Counted from the first letter of the stretch, positions 17,413 to 27,379 are shown. The stretch is DNA of 64,000 nt from an uncultured Gammaproteobacteria bacterium (GCA_964550105.1 CAZJWN010000001.1:1413-65412), one strand, 5' to 3'. Made by a program: numbers and translations. Notes: generated by a model not told the origin, from the letters alone.

Positions 17413-19065
17413 ATGATTCATATTCTTGCAAAACATCGAGCGACATTGATGTTCCTTGCAATCTTCACACTCTGCGCACTTGCACTCCATTTGTTTTATC
17501 TTGGTCTCCCCTCTCTCAACTCAGATGAGATAGCTCATGGTTACAATGCATATAGCGTGCTTAAAACAGGCAGAGGTGAGTTTGGTGAGCTGCCGATTCG
17601 ATTCGCTTCGTTTGGTGAAAATAAACTACCGATAACAGGATTTCTGATGATTCCAGGTATCGCACTTTTCGGCTTGCATGATTGGGTGATTCGCCTTCCT
17701 ACGCACATTATGGGGGTTTCGTTCCCAATATTATTTTTTGTATTGGCTACTCTCCTAACTCGATCGAAGAAAGTTGGTCTTCTCAGTGCGTTATTTGCCG
17801 CAACATCACCATGGTTACAGGTCACTAGTCGCCATGCCCACGAAGGGATCGTCTGTCTCTGGTTCATCATGATTGGTAGCATCGTATCTATCAGGTATGT
17901 CCAGACAAAATCAGTACGCTATCTGATAGTCGCCGGTATAGCAACAGGTATCGCCCTGTGGACATACCATCCTGCAAAACTATATGCAGTCCTTTGGATT
18001 GTTGGGATGATATATACGAATTTCTTCATTTTTCATAAGTATCGAGTTGCTCTAGTGGTATGCATCTTGTTTTGTTATGTACCATTTGTTGTTTCAGAAA
18101 TACTACTGCCAACTAATCGTATAGATTCGTTGTTATTTTTCCGTCACCCCCTTTTTATATATGCCATAGAATCAGGAAGGAATCTTGGTGGTTCACCACT
18201 CATATACAATCGCTATGTGTATGGAGTGTATGAGTTGATCCGCACTACTCTTGTTTATTTTAGTCCACAGATGATGACAATAAATGGCGATGCAAATCTA
18301 CGCTTTGGCTTTCCAGGTATGGGCCCCATTTCACTCGTGACCTATATCGGTTTTTGGTTCGGGATATCTCGTATCTTTATTTCAAATTGGCGTCGAGGGC
18401 TGATGGTGCTCTTTCTACTTGTGTTTTCTCTCATACCCGCAGTACTAGTATGGCAAAAAAATTCTATCACACGATCTCTTCTGATGAGCATGGGATGGAT
18501 CCTATTGGCGGGATATGGCTGGGATGGCTGCATAGGCTTTATGAAGAAGACACTATTGACGCTTGCTGGGGCAACCCACGCACGAATATTGAGCACGAGC
18601 ATTCTCGTACTCGTCGTGCTGCTACATATGAATCAAGATGTGCAAAGTTGGGACAAGTACTATCAATCGTACTTGGGTCAAAAAGTCGCAGACTATCCGT
18701 GGCAAGCTGGTAGTCGGGAATTTGCTGATTTTGTATGGCGAGCGTATCCAAAGTATGATCATTTTGTTATCACAAAACGCCATGGACAACCATATATATA
18801 TTTATTATTTTATGGCAAATATGATCCTAAGAAATATCACCCCCAGGCAAAACGTACGGCATATATACAGTTTGGTTTTTGGGAAAATCCGGGATTTGAT
18901 AAGTTCATATTTCCTGATCAGATGAAGGTTACTCCAAGAAAAAATACCCTATATATCGTATACCCGGATGAGGTTCCAGAAGAGCTGAAATCGAAAGCAA
19001 AACCTATCAGATATAATGGTCGTGATGTCTTCTATTATTTCACTTATGAACCTAAATCTACGTAA
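17413..19065 (+). CDS. PMT_2/ArnT-like GT-C glycosyltransferase (tandem paralog 1)
   Basis: 550 aa. Loop LNSDEIAHGYNAYSVLKTGRGEFGELPIRFASFGENKLP. C-terminal domain ...GQPYIYLLFYGKYDPKKY...FGFWENP. Clearly homologous to the next gene. Confidence 0.75.
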   Translation: MIHILAKHRATLMFLAIFTLCALALHLFYLGLPSLNSDEIAHGYNAYSVLKTGRGEFGELPIRFASFGENKLPITGFLMIPGIALFGLHDWVIRLPTHIMGVSFPILFFVLATLLTRSKKVGLLSALFAATSPWLQVTSRHAHEGIVCLWFIMIGSIVSIRYVQTKSVRYLIVAGIATGIALWTYHPAKLYAVLWIVGMIYTNFFIFHKYRVALVVCILFCYVPFVVSEILLPTNRIDSLLFFRHPLFIYAIESGRNLGGSPLIYNRYVYGVYELIRTTLVYFSPQMMTINGDANLRFGFPGMGPISLVTYIGFWFGISRIFISNWRRGLMVLFLLVFSLIPAVLVWQKNSITRSLLMSMGWILLAGYGWDGCIGFMKKTLLTLAGATHARILSTSILVLVVLLHMNQDVQSWDKYYQSYLGQKVADYPWQAGSREFADFVWRAYPKYDHFVITKRHGQPYIYLLFYGKYDPKKYHPQAKRTAYIQFGFWENPGFDKFIFPDQMKVTPRKNTLYIVYPDEVPEELKSKAKPIRYNGRDVFYYFTYEPKST

Positions 19066-19233
19066 ATTCTTTACTCTGATCCGCATTGCAGTGGCTGTGT
19101 GCATGTCAACTTTTATTGCCCAATCAAATGATTCAAAAATCAATTCTGACAATATCATTTACTCTTCAGAAAAATCAGATCAGCAGATATACCTCATCAT
19201 CCCGGCGAATAAAGTTTTTCCTGTACCTGAATC

Positions 19234-20841
19234 ATGACCAATACCACTCGATTGCTAACTATCTTGGTACTTACCATTTGCTTACTGATTGCTTTATCAT
19301 TACATCTGTTTCAGTATGGTGCTCCCGGTCTGAATGAGGATGAAGCTGCGCAGGGCTACAACACGTATTCGGTACTACAAACTGGCCGTGATGAGTATGG
19401 GAGATTCCCAATCAGGTATCTTTCTTTTGGTGAAAATAAGCTTCCGGTAACTGGTTTGCTTTCGGCACCCTTTATTGCTTTGTTTGGACTGAATGAGCAC
19501 ACGATCAGATTTCCGGTACATCTCATTGGTATCTGCATGCCTATTCTCATGTATCTTCTGTTGATGTCACTATTCAATAAAGCATCTATCGGATATGTCG
19601 GAGCTCTTTTGACTTCAACCAATGTATGGATACACACCATGTCACGTCATCAGCATGAAGCTGTCGTACTACTTGCAATCATCATGATCTACCTCATCGT
19701 GGCACTTAGTCTCAAAAGGGGTCACTCTGTTTACAGGATTGTATTATTGGCCTTACTCTATTTCTTTGGTTTATACACATATCACAGCGCCAAGGTCATC
19801 ATGCCCGTACTTGCGATATGGACATTGGTACTTGTCTGGAAAGATCCACGCTTTCGCTTGTTGCATGCATTTAGCACGATAGTTGCGACTGGAGTATTTA
19901 TATTTACTGAGTACCTCGCTCCAAATACTCGCTTGAGTCAACTCTCATATTTTTCTTCTTCGGCATTTATCTATGCGATCGAGGAAGGACGACGTACCGG
20001 TGGATCACCATTTCTTTACAATAAATTGAGCTTTGCGATATATACCGTTGTATCTAGACTTGTCTATTACTTGAGTCCCTCATTTCTCATATTCGGGAAT
20101 GACGCAAACCCACGATATGGTGATATGCATATTAGCCTGGTTACTTACGTAGAGTATTTATTCGCATCGATTGGGTTGATTATTTATTGGATCAAGAAGC
20201 AAGCGCATCGGATCGCAATTGCATCGTTGTTGGTGATATCTATCGCCCCAGCAATAGCGACGATATCCTCTCAAACGAGCACGCGGAACTTTACGCTTGT
20301 TTTGCCAATCATGATACTGGCCAGTTACGGACTTGTTCAAATGATGAGCCGTATCCCCAATCAAAAACTTAGATTTGGTTTTTGGCTAATCTTGATAGGT
20401 ATCCATGTGTCTACACTCTACACTTCGTGGCACTACTATTTCGACAAATACCTTACAAGTCCAAGAACGCTTTCGGCCACGCAGGCAGGGATGAAGCAGG
20501 TCGCTCAGACCGCATGGTCGCTGAGTCAGCGATACAGGACTGTGTATGTTACAAATAAGTTCGGCCAAGCATATATATATTTACTTACATTTGGAGGACC
20601 TATGGATCCCAAAAAATATCAAGCAATCGCAAGGATTCAGCCATACAACGAGTATGGATTTTGGGAACAACCAAAGCTGACGGATAAATTCATTTTTCAT
20701 ATCCCTACTTCGCCCGTTACTGATGCGGTGATCATCGTCTCAGCTGATGAGGTGAATAAATATTCCTATCTAGCTGTGAAACCCTCACAAACTATTGCTC
20801 ACGCTGGTCATCCCCTGTTTTATGTGTATCTTTTTGATTGA
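19234..20841 (+). CDS. PMT_2/ArnT-like GT-C glycosyltransferase (tandem paralog 2)
   Basis: 535 aa. Loop LNEDEAAQGYNTYSVLQTGRDEYGRFPIRYLSFGENKLP. C-terminal ...GQAYIYLLTFGGPMDPKKY...YGFWEQP. Confidence 0.75.
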   Translation: MTNTTRLLTILVLTICLLIALSLHLFQYGAPGLNEDEAAQGYNTYSVLQTGRDEYGRFPIRYLSFGENKLPVTGLLSAPFIALFGLNEHTIRFPVHLIGICMPILMYLLLMSLFNKASIGYVGALLTSTNVWIHTMSRHQHEAVVLLAIIMIYLIVALSLKRGHSVYRIVLLALLYFFGLYTYHSAKVIMPVLAIWTLVLVWKDPRFRLLHAFSTIVATGVFIFTEYLAPNTRLSQLSYFSSSAFIYAIEEGRRTGGSPFLYNKLSFAIYTVVSRLVYYLSPSFLIFGNDANPRYGDMHISLVTYVEYLFASIGLIIYWIKKQAHRIAIASLLVISIAPAIATISSQTSTRNFTLVLPIMILASYGLVQMMSRIPNQKLRFGFWLILIGIHVSTLYTSWHYYFDKYLTSPRTLSATQAGMKQVAQTAWSLSQRYRTVYVTNKFGQAYIYLLTFGGPMDPKKYQAIARIQPYNEYGFWEQPKLTDKFIFHIPTSPVTDAVIIVSADEVNKYSYLAVKPSQTIAHAGHPLFYVYLFD

Positions 20842-21130
20842 TCCAAAGATCTGCGTCTTCGTTTGATATCGATCTAGTAAACCCTGACGATGGGATACAA
20901 CTGACACTATCTCCATATCTAAGATCTTTCGTTCGTAAATACACATACCCTACCAAAGGGGATACTTTCGCATAGATAAGATCTGAGTGCTTTTTTGACG
21001 CGACCTGTAAGCGATATTTAACAGATTTAGTTAGGTTTCTTTTGATACAATCAAGATATCTCTAAAGGTGTTTTGGACATTTGATTGATATTTGTTTGGG
21101 TCTTTGTAATTGGAATTCGAACTTTCAACT

Positions 21131-22033
21131 ATGTTAGCTATTATAACTGTCGTCTATCAGAATTACACGATTCTGGATGATTTTTTTGCTAGTCTCAAAT
21201 CGCAATACGACACTGCTTTCAGGGTATTTGTAGTCGATTTGACACCTCGCAAAAATCTTCAGATCATCACATTTCCAGATGATCGGTATACCCTCATCCG
21301 TGGAGAAAATAAAGGATATGCACATGGAGTAAACCTCGGGATGAAAGCAGCCAAGTCCCTGGAAATTGCTCGATTTGCAGTCGTCAATCCCGATATCATC
21401 TTTGACACCTATTTTACTCAGTCGTGTAAACATGCTCTGAATCAGTTTCCAGGCTCAATCATCGGTGGGAAAATCTATTATGCACCAGGATACGAATATT
21501 ATAAAAAGGAAATACCAAGTACCAAGTACCAAGTACCAAAGGATCTCCAACTATCTCAGCCAAAGGCAGATCCGCCTCTGGCGGAAACTATCAACTATCA
21601 ACTATCAGCTCATTTGCCTTTCACCATCTGGTATGCAGGCGGTCGTATTGATTGGGCTCATGCCACATCTCATCATGTTGGCGTGGACGATCTAGACCAT
21701 CCCATGTATGACGAAGCCGGCTTGACAGATTTCGTGACTGGCTGTTGTATGGTATACGACACATCGGTCTACGAGAAAATCGGGAAATGGGATGAGGCAT
21801 ACTTCATGTACTTCGAAGATGCTGACTACTGCATGCGTGCAAAGAAAAAAGGTGTTCCAATCAGATACGAACCTAGGATAAAGCTCTGGCACAAAAACGC
21901 ACAAAGTACCGGTGGCTCAGGATCAGATTTTCATATGAAGGCTATGGTACGATCTCGGACTCGTTTTGCAGTGAAATATGCCCCGTGGAGAACTAAACTA
22001 CATATTATCAAAAATACGTTTTTAAGCCTGTGA
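21131..22033 (+). CDS. GT2 family glycosyltransferase (WbbL/rhamnosyltransferase-like) with a low-complexity internal insertion
   Basis: AIITVVYQNY, VVDLT, GENKGYAHGVN, NPDIIF, FVTGCCMVY, YFMYFEDADYCMRAKKKG. ATG at 21131 is preferred over TTG at 21110. Confidence 0.82.
   Translation: MLAIITVVYQNYTILDDFFASLKSQYDTAFRVFVVDLTPRKNLQIITFPDDRYTLIRGENKGYAHGVNLGMKAAKSLEIARFAVVNPDIIFDTYFTQSCKHALNQFPGSIIGGKIYYAPGYEYYKKEIPSTKYQVPKDLQLSQPKADPPLAETINYQLSAHLPFTIWYAGGRIDWAHATSHHVGVDDLDHPMYDEAGLTDFVTGCCMVYDTSVYEKIGKWDEAYFMYFEDADYCMRAKKKGVPIRYEPRIKLWHKNAQSTGGSGSDFHMKAMVRSRTRFAVKYAPWRTKLHIIKNTFLSL
21513..21540 (+). repeat. Heptanucleotide tandem repeat (TACCAAG)x3 plus an imperfect fourth unit TACCAAA, inside the GT2 CDS
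   Basis: Read directly: units at 21513-19, 21520-26 and 21527-33 are identical; 21534-40 matches 6 of 7. Confidence 0.95.
21586..21607 (+). repeat. Heptanucleotide tandem repeat (AACTATC)x3 inside the GT2 CDS, with a solitary copy at 21549-21555
   Basis: Read directly: units at 21586-92, 21593-99 and 21600-06 are identical. Confidence 0.95.
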
Positions 22034-23583
22034 TCAAGGCATCGTGTACGGCTCTTTGTGGCAAATGGATCGGATGGGTGCTACTTTTGATTATTCTTGC
22101 TGCCTCTTCTTTCCAATCCTATCGCTTCATCACCATGTTCAAGTTTGTGGATGAATATAACAACTGGGTTCCTGCGGCATTGATGCATCAGGGTAAGATG
22201 CTGTATACAGATATATTCTTCAATCGCATGCCGTTGCCGGCATATATTAGCTATGTCCTGCAATTTCTTCTCTCTCCACAAGCTGACTATTATCGCGTAA
22301 TCCAGCTCCATCGAGTGTTTATGATCATTTTTTCTGCAGGTTGGATAAGCTTTATGTACTGGCAGTTCAAAAGAAACTGGGTGTTGATCTTTGCCCTCAT
22401 GTTTGAGCTATTGAAGCCTTATTTCTTTGGATTTTCGTTCCAAGCTGAGGCCATGGTCGTCTATCCTCTTGTGTATCTATTTATTTTGAGTATCTCATCT
22501 CAGAGCTGGTCTCGACGTACCTTGCTTTTCTCAGGCGTATGTATGTGGTTCATCATATTTTCACGGGAAACAACTCTCGTGACTGTTTTGATCATATTTA
22601 TTGCACTGTGTATACGGATTCGAGATTATCGAAAAATAATATATCTCATTGCTCCATTCTTCATCCTTTCCATCTTTACTCTCGCAAGTATGAATCTAAA
22701 TGAGTGGTTTTTTCAGATGATTACCGTGAACAAAATCAGCTTTCAGACTGATATATCAAAAGCATCTGGTGTGGGTGGAGTTTTTGGTTCGCTACTGCTC
22801 CCATTTCAATATGTTTTCACTATTTTCAATTCCGAGTCATCCAGTTTCCAGCGCACGATTGGACTCCAGGTAATATTTTTGCTCGTGATAATTCATAAAT
22901 ATATTTCAATAAAGACTATAAATTGGTCACGCTCCGTATTATTTATAATCTATTTGTTGCTCCTTTTATTCACAAGTGCACTTCGTTCACAGACGCCAGA
23001 GAGAGAACTCTGGGCAATATATCGACTCATCCCGTGGATAGGAATATTACTTTCGATCCTAGCTTATTTGGTCGGTGAGTATACGTCAAAATATCGAGCG
23101 ATAGCTATTACTTTGTGTGTTTTGTTTGCCGTATCCTACTACCTTCATCCAAACTCGCTGCTACTTAAACAGATTAGTAGAGAGGAAGAATATAATATCT
23201 CATATTTTACGGACATATCTTATGCACATGCCATAGAGGAGTCGACCATTGCAAAAGATACTATTTTTGTTATCGGATATGGCTCCCACATATACATGCT
23301 TAGTCATCGGAAGTCAGCATATCCGTACACATTTTTTTATCCCGTACAAGGTGCTATTCCGGTCTATCAAAAATTGATGTGGGAGATGTTTCGAACCAAC
23401 GCACCAACGTTCGTATATGCTACTGACTGTGATGTAGTTGGAGAAGTAGTGATGAATAGTGCAGAGATTGAGAAGAAGTACACCAGACTAGTCAAATCAA
23501 ATAAACCTTCATGTCTATACGTGAGAAATGATAGGCTGGCCAGAACACTCTCAACGTTAGAAAATAGAGGTTTCAGCAAGTAG
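22030..23583 (+). CDS. Polytopic GT-C-like membrane protein (family C: DE(Y/F)xN...GKxxYxDxF...MP)
   Basis: 517 aa, multi-TM. Loop FVDEYNNWVPAALMHQGKMLYTDIFFNRMPLPAYI parallels the ORF at 27380. GTG start overlaps the upstream stop. Confidence 0.6.
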   Translation: MIKASCTALCGKWIGWVLLLIILAASSFQSYRFITMFKFVDEYNNWVPAALMHQGKMLYTDIFFNRMPLPAYISYVLQFLLSPQADYYRVIQLHRVFMIIFSAGWISFMYWQFKRNWVLIFALMFELLKPYFFGFSFQAEAMVVYPLVYLFILSISSQSWSRRTLLFSGVCMWFIIFSRETTLVTVLIIFIALCIRIRDYRKIIYLIAPFFILSIFTLASMNLNEWFFQMITVNKISFQTDISKASGVGGVFGSLLLPFQYVFTIFNSESSSFQRTIGLQVIFLLVIIHKYISIKTINWSRSVLFIIYLLLLLFTSALRSQTPERELWAIYRLIPWIGILLSILAYLVGEYTSKYRAIAITLCVLFAVSYYLHPNSLLLKQISREEEYNISYFTDISYAHAIEESTIAKDTIFVIGYGSHIYMLSHRKSAYPYTFFYPVQGAIPVYQKLMWEMFRTNAPTFVYATDCDVVGEVVMNSAEIEKKYTRLVKSNKPSCLYVRNDRLARTLSTLENRGFSK

Positions 23584-23584
23584 C

Positions 23585-25339
23585 TCACGTCTTCTTAAGT
23601 ATATGGACTTCTTCGTTCTCAAAAAGTGATACGACACTTGAGCCTATTCGAGCGATAAACTTTTTATAATCCGGATGCTGTTTATACAGGTATAAATACC
23701 TGACAGGCACATATTTGATGTTGGTTGACAGGATATTCTTAAGTAGTTGTGTGCGTTTTTTATGATCAATCCCCGTGATATCAAGTTGCTGGAGATTTGC
23801 CTCATAAAGTTGTTGTTTTCCAAAAGCTGCCACCAATGCAGTGTCGTTTGTTTTCCATAGTTGTTTTACTTTTCTATCGTCATAGATTGGCGTAAATGGA
23901 AATGTGTAAGTGACTCCAGGTGGTAACTTACTTAGATAAGATAGCGCTTTAATTTCCGCACTAGAAATATATATTTTTGGCTGAAATATTTTGTGTATAG
24001 TACTATTTGCAGGAATAAAATAGTCTTTGCCGTACTCCATCACTGGATTGAGTGAGCCAATCAATGTCAAAATTACAACTACTATTGCTAATACCAGATA
24101 CCTCTTGTTATTTGAGCTGAGCAAATAGACGATAAATATCGATAGAGCTAACTGAAAAAGAAATTGTCCATAACCGAGGAACTGGATAGTATTGAACCAG
24201 TCGCCGCCCTTCTGTGTAAACAGTGTCGCAAAAATAATCGAAATAAAACTGGATGCAAATATTGCAATGCGTATCGGCGACCTATTTGATTTTATAAAAA
24301 GTAGTGACAGAGCAAATAACCTTGTCCCAAATGCTACCATCGTATATAGTGATAATGAAATTAATTCTATTGCTAATATAATTGGTGCAAATATATAGGG
24401 GTGTTCGTATAGTTTATATCTCAGCCTTGCAAGCTTGAGAATCTGAAACAGGCTTGGATCCTCAATGATTGGATGAATTGTCTTGAATGGTTCTAGACTA
24501 AAAATTCCACTAGTTCCAGAACCTACAAACGGGTTGTAAAAAAATAACACAGCAATTGTGCTCGACAAAAAAGTTACAAAGTAGATAGATACTAAACTTT
24601 TTAAACTCAATTGTTTATTATGTGTTTTTATAGCTAAGAATATCCAAATGAATGTAAAACCTATTACACCGCCATAAAATTTTGCCCCCCACAAAAGAAA
24701 AGTAAGAATAGTCAAAATAAAAGTTAAGGTGGTACTGCTTTTGACTCTTAACAATACATAGATGATCGCTTGTAACAACAGGATAGAGAGTGCAAGTGTT
24801 GGATTGATCATGTACTCTGCGGGTTGATTACTAAACCACCCAATATCGTTCCAAAATGATCCTGTGCTTTTCAAGCTTAAGATAAACGAGAGGTTACTAG
24901 AAAAATATGAGAAAAATAAAAAAATTGGTATAGCCCTCTTATCACTAAACAGTGCCCTCGATATTGCTACCGTGAAAGATGTGTAGATGATAAACCAGAT
25001 CATTGGTAACACTAGATAATAGCCACTCAGGACTGAAAAACCTGTCTTCGTCACCAGCATCAGTATATAGCTATATAAGAAGTGGTAGCCTCTCAGTGCC
25101 TCTCCATAAAATACTGGCATCCGAAATGGATAGCTATCAAAAGCAACTTGTGCAAGGGACATGTGCCACAAGTCATCTCTCGCACGGAATATGTTATTAA
25201 ACAATATTCCACATTGGTTTGATATACATCTCTCGCCGAGTCCGGAAGTTAAGCTAGGCAGCATTAGAAATACGAAGCCAGCCAAGATGATGACTACGGA
25301 CGATATAAGTACTAAATGCCTAGACGTTTTTGCTTTCAT
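23585..25339 (-). CDS. Polytopic membrane protein, candidate Wzy-like polymerase or GT-C enzyme
   Basis: 584 aa, about 12-14 TM segments, with a C-terminal soluble domain of about 150 aa. AT-rich gene. No diagnostic motif recognised. Confidence 0.45.
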   Translation of the reverse strand: MKAKTSRHLVLISSVVIILAGFVFLMLPSLTSGLGERCISNQCGILFNNIFRARDDLWHMSLAQVAFDSYPFRMPVFYGEALRGYHFLYSYILMLVTKTGFSVLSGYYLVLPMIWFIIYTSFTVAISRALFSDKRAIPIFLFFSYFSSNLSFILSLKSTGSFWNDIGWFSNQPAEYMINPTLALSILLLQAIIYVLLRVKSSTTLTFILTILTFLLWGAKFYGGVIGFTFIWIFLAIKTHNKQLSLKSLVSIYFVTFLSSTIAVLFFYNPFVGSGTSGIFSLEPFKTIHPIIEDPSLFQILKLARLRYKLYEHPYIFAPIILAIELISLSLYTMVAFGTRLFALSLLFIKSNRSPIRIAIFASSFISIIFATLFTQKGGDWFNTIQFLGYGQFLFQLALSIFIVYLLSSNNKRYLVLAIVVVILTLIGSLNPVMEYGKDYFIPANSTIHKIFQPKIYISSAEIKALSYLSKLPPGVTYTFPFTPIYDDRKVKQLWKTNDTALVAAFGKQQLYEANLQQLDITGIDHKKRTQLLKNILSTNIKYVPVRYLYLYKQHPDYKKFIARIGSSVVSLFENEEVHILKKT

Positions 25340-27356
25340 GAGGAGTCAATAAATGCCCTAACAAAATGAATAGTGGTAGTGTATTTAGTAACATAACCCA
25401 TCCAAATTCGTTACTGGTCACGATAAGTGATAGCTTTCTCCATAATATTGTCAGTAATGTTATTGGGTTTCGAAGGAGTCTTGACTTATCAATCTGGTAC
25501 ACGGTCAACAACTCTGTCTGAGGATTACTAATCACCGTATAGTCATCAGGCGACGCTCGAAGTGACTCAAACTTCACGATATATGCCCTGCCTTTACTGT
25601 ATTTTTGTTGGGGAAAACCAAAAGGATAAGGGTGAGACTCAGCTCCGAATCTCCATCCATTGTATTCGTTGGACGATATTACGTTTTGGCTAGCGATATC
25701 TACAACTGTTACACGCAGCGCATGAGACGTATCTTTGACATCTCCTAAGGGTGCAGTTTTGTTGCCGATATATTGAATTGGAAATGAAAAAATGCCGAAA
25801 TTATCATCCGTTGCCTTTATCTGGAATATAAGTTCTTTCGAATCAGCAAATGAAACTGATTTTTCAGTGACTGGGGTGATAAAACGAGTGCTCGTTTCTC
25901 GATGAGTAACAGAAGTTAGTGAATATTCCTTCTGAAGTCCTGCGCCAATAAGTAAAAAATAGACGATCAATAAAACTACGCCAAACTTCTTAGAAGTTGT
26001 TAGTCTAGCAAAATCTACTGCATGTTGATTTACTTGAGAGACTATTGATTTGCGTCTGCTTTCGAAATAAGGTTTTTCAAGTAACTCATATAGCAATTTT
26101 GCGAGTCCTATTGACAATAAGATTGATAGGCAGACATATATCAAAACTTGTGGGCCAGCCCATGCAGTGGATATTTGTTCTCCTCCCCGTAACAACTCGA
26201 TGACGATCGTGTGTGTAAGATAGAGCGAATAACTCACTGTACCTGTCCATACGAGTACCCGTGATTGAAAAAATGTATTAATTATGTTGCCGTTCCTCAG
26301 ACAATAGATAAGCGCTAATAGTGGAAATGGATAAAAGAACATGAATCCGGCGATATTATCTCTACTTTTTAGGTATGTTGAAATAAGCGTTGGGAATACT
26401 AGAAAAGCTATTATAGTGACAGTTGGTATCCAGATATCAATGCGAACTTTTTTTTGATATCTATCAAGGGTTTGCTGGATTTTAGTATTATATTGTGATG
26501 CAAGATTGCCAAGGTAAAAATAGAACCAAAAGAATGGATACAAACCATTGAAACCAAGCAACTGTTTGAAGACAATTGTTAGTGTGATCAAAATACACAA
26601 TACTGTGATTGTTGTGGTCAATAATTTTAGTTTTGATGCATTACCTAGTCGTCCCATGAGTGGAACGATTAGTATTGGGTAAAGAGCGTAGTACAGTATC
26701 TCTGGCGCAAGGCTCCAAAATGAACCATTGGTAAGCGGTATATATGTACCAAATGTAGAAGTAAGGGTAGTGTTGACTAAGCCTGTGAATATTTGCAGTG
26801 TCGTTTGATTACTATTGATGTTAGCTGCAGGATTGCGCATCACAATAAATACGTATACAGCCGCAATAGCTACTTGAGAATAGATAAATATTCTAAAAAG
26901 TACTTTTCCGGTTGTGATGGTTCGAAGCTTGAGATATAGTCGCCAAATAAACCCGCCTAAAAGGGTGATTCCAAGTAATATGCTCACGATCAATGGAATA
27001 TTTTTTTCTATGCTTGGACTACCTTTTATCACTGAATAGTAAAAATAGGTATAAAAAATTGATACACAGATAAAGACCGGAAATAATCTCGTATATCTCT
27101 TCTGCATAAAACTCGACCATGAAGTAACAGTGGGATAATGAGTAGACATGAGGTATCCGGTAAGCACAAAGAGAATCGCAACATAGAATGTCCCCCCCGA
27201 TACAAATGGTTGGATTAAATACCACACCCACGGAGCAAATCGATTTACCGTTGACTGGTCAAGATTCAGATGAGCTAGTACAACCATAAGCGCGCTGAAG
27301 CCTCGCAACCCATCTAGTGCAGTATTCCTGTGTTTCGCTGGTTGACTGTTTTGCAT
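25320..27356 (-). CDS. Acyltransferase family 3 (OafA/YrhL-type) membrane O-acyltransferase fused to an unassigned extracytoplasmic domain
   Basis: N-terminus ALDGLRGFSALMVVLAHL plus about 10 TM segments, as in AT3. A linker TM follows, then about 180 aa of soluble domain with no GDS(L)/SGNH motif, then a final TM. Confidence 0.8.
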   Translation of the reverse strand: MQNSQPAKHRNTALDGLRGFSALMVVLAHLNLDQSTVNRFAPWVWYLIQPFVSGGTFYVAILFVLTGYLMSTHYPTVTSWSSFMQKRYTRLFPVFICVSIFYTYFYYSVIKGSPSIEKNIPLIVSILLGITLLGGFIWRLYLKLRTITTGKVLFRIFIYSQVAIAAVYVFIVMRNPAANINSNQTTLQIFTGLVNTTLTSTFGTYIPLTNGSFWSLAPEILYYALYPILIVPLMGRLGNASKLKLLTTTITVLCILITLTIVFKQLLGFNGLYPFFWFYFYLGNLASQYNTKIQQTLDRYQKKVRIDIWIPTVTIIAFLVFPTLISTYLKSRDNIAGFMFFYPFPLLALIYCLRNGNIINTFFQSRVLVWTGTVSYSLYLTHTIVIELLRGGEQISTAWAGPQVLIYVCLSILLSIGLAKLLYELLEKPYFESRRKSIVSQVNQHAVDFARLTTSKKFGVVLLIVYFLLIGAGLQKEYSLTSVTHRETSTRFITPVTEKSVSFADSKELIFQIKATDDNFGIFSFPIQYIGNKTAPLGDVKDTSHALRVTVVDIASQNVISSNEYNGWRFGAESHPYPFGFPQQKYSKGRAYIVKFESLRASPDDYTVISNPQTELLTVYQIDKSRLLRNPITLLTILWRKLSLIVTSNEFGWVMLLNTLPLFILLGHLLTPHESKNV

Positions 27357-27379
27357 ATGCTATAACCGCGTCCTACCTA

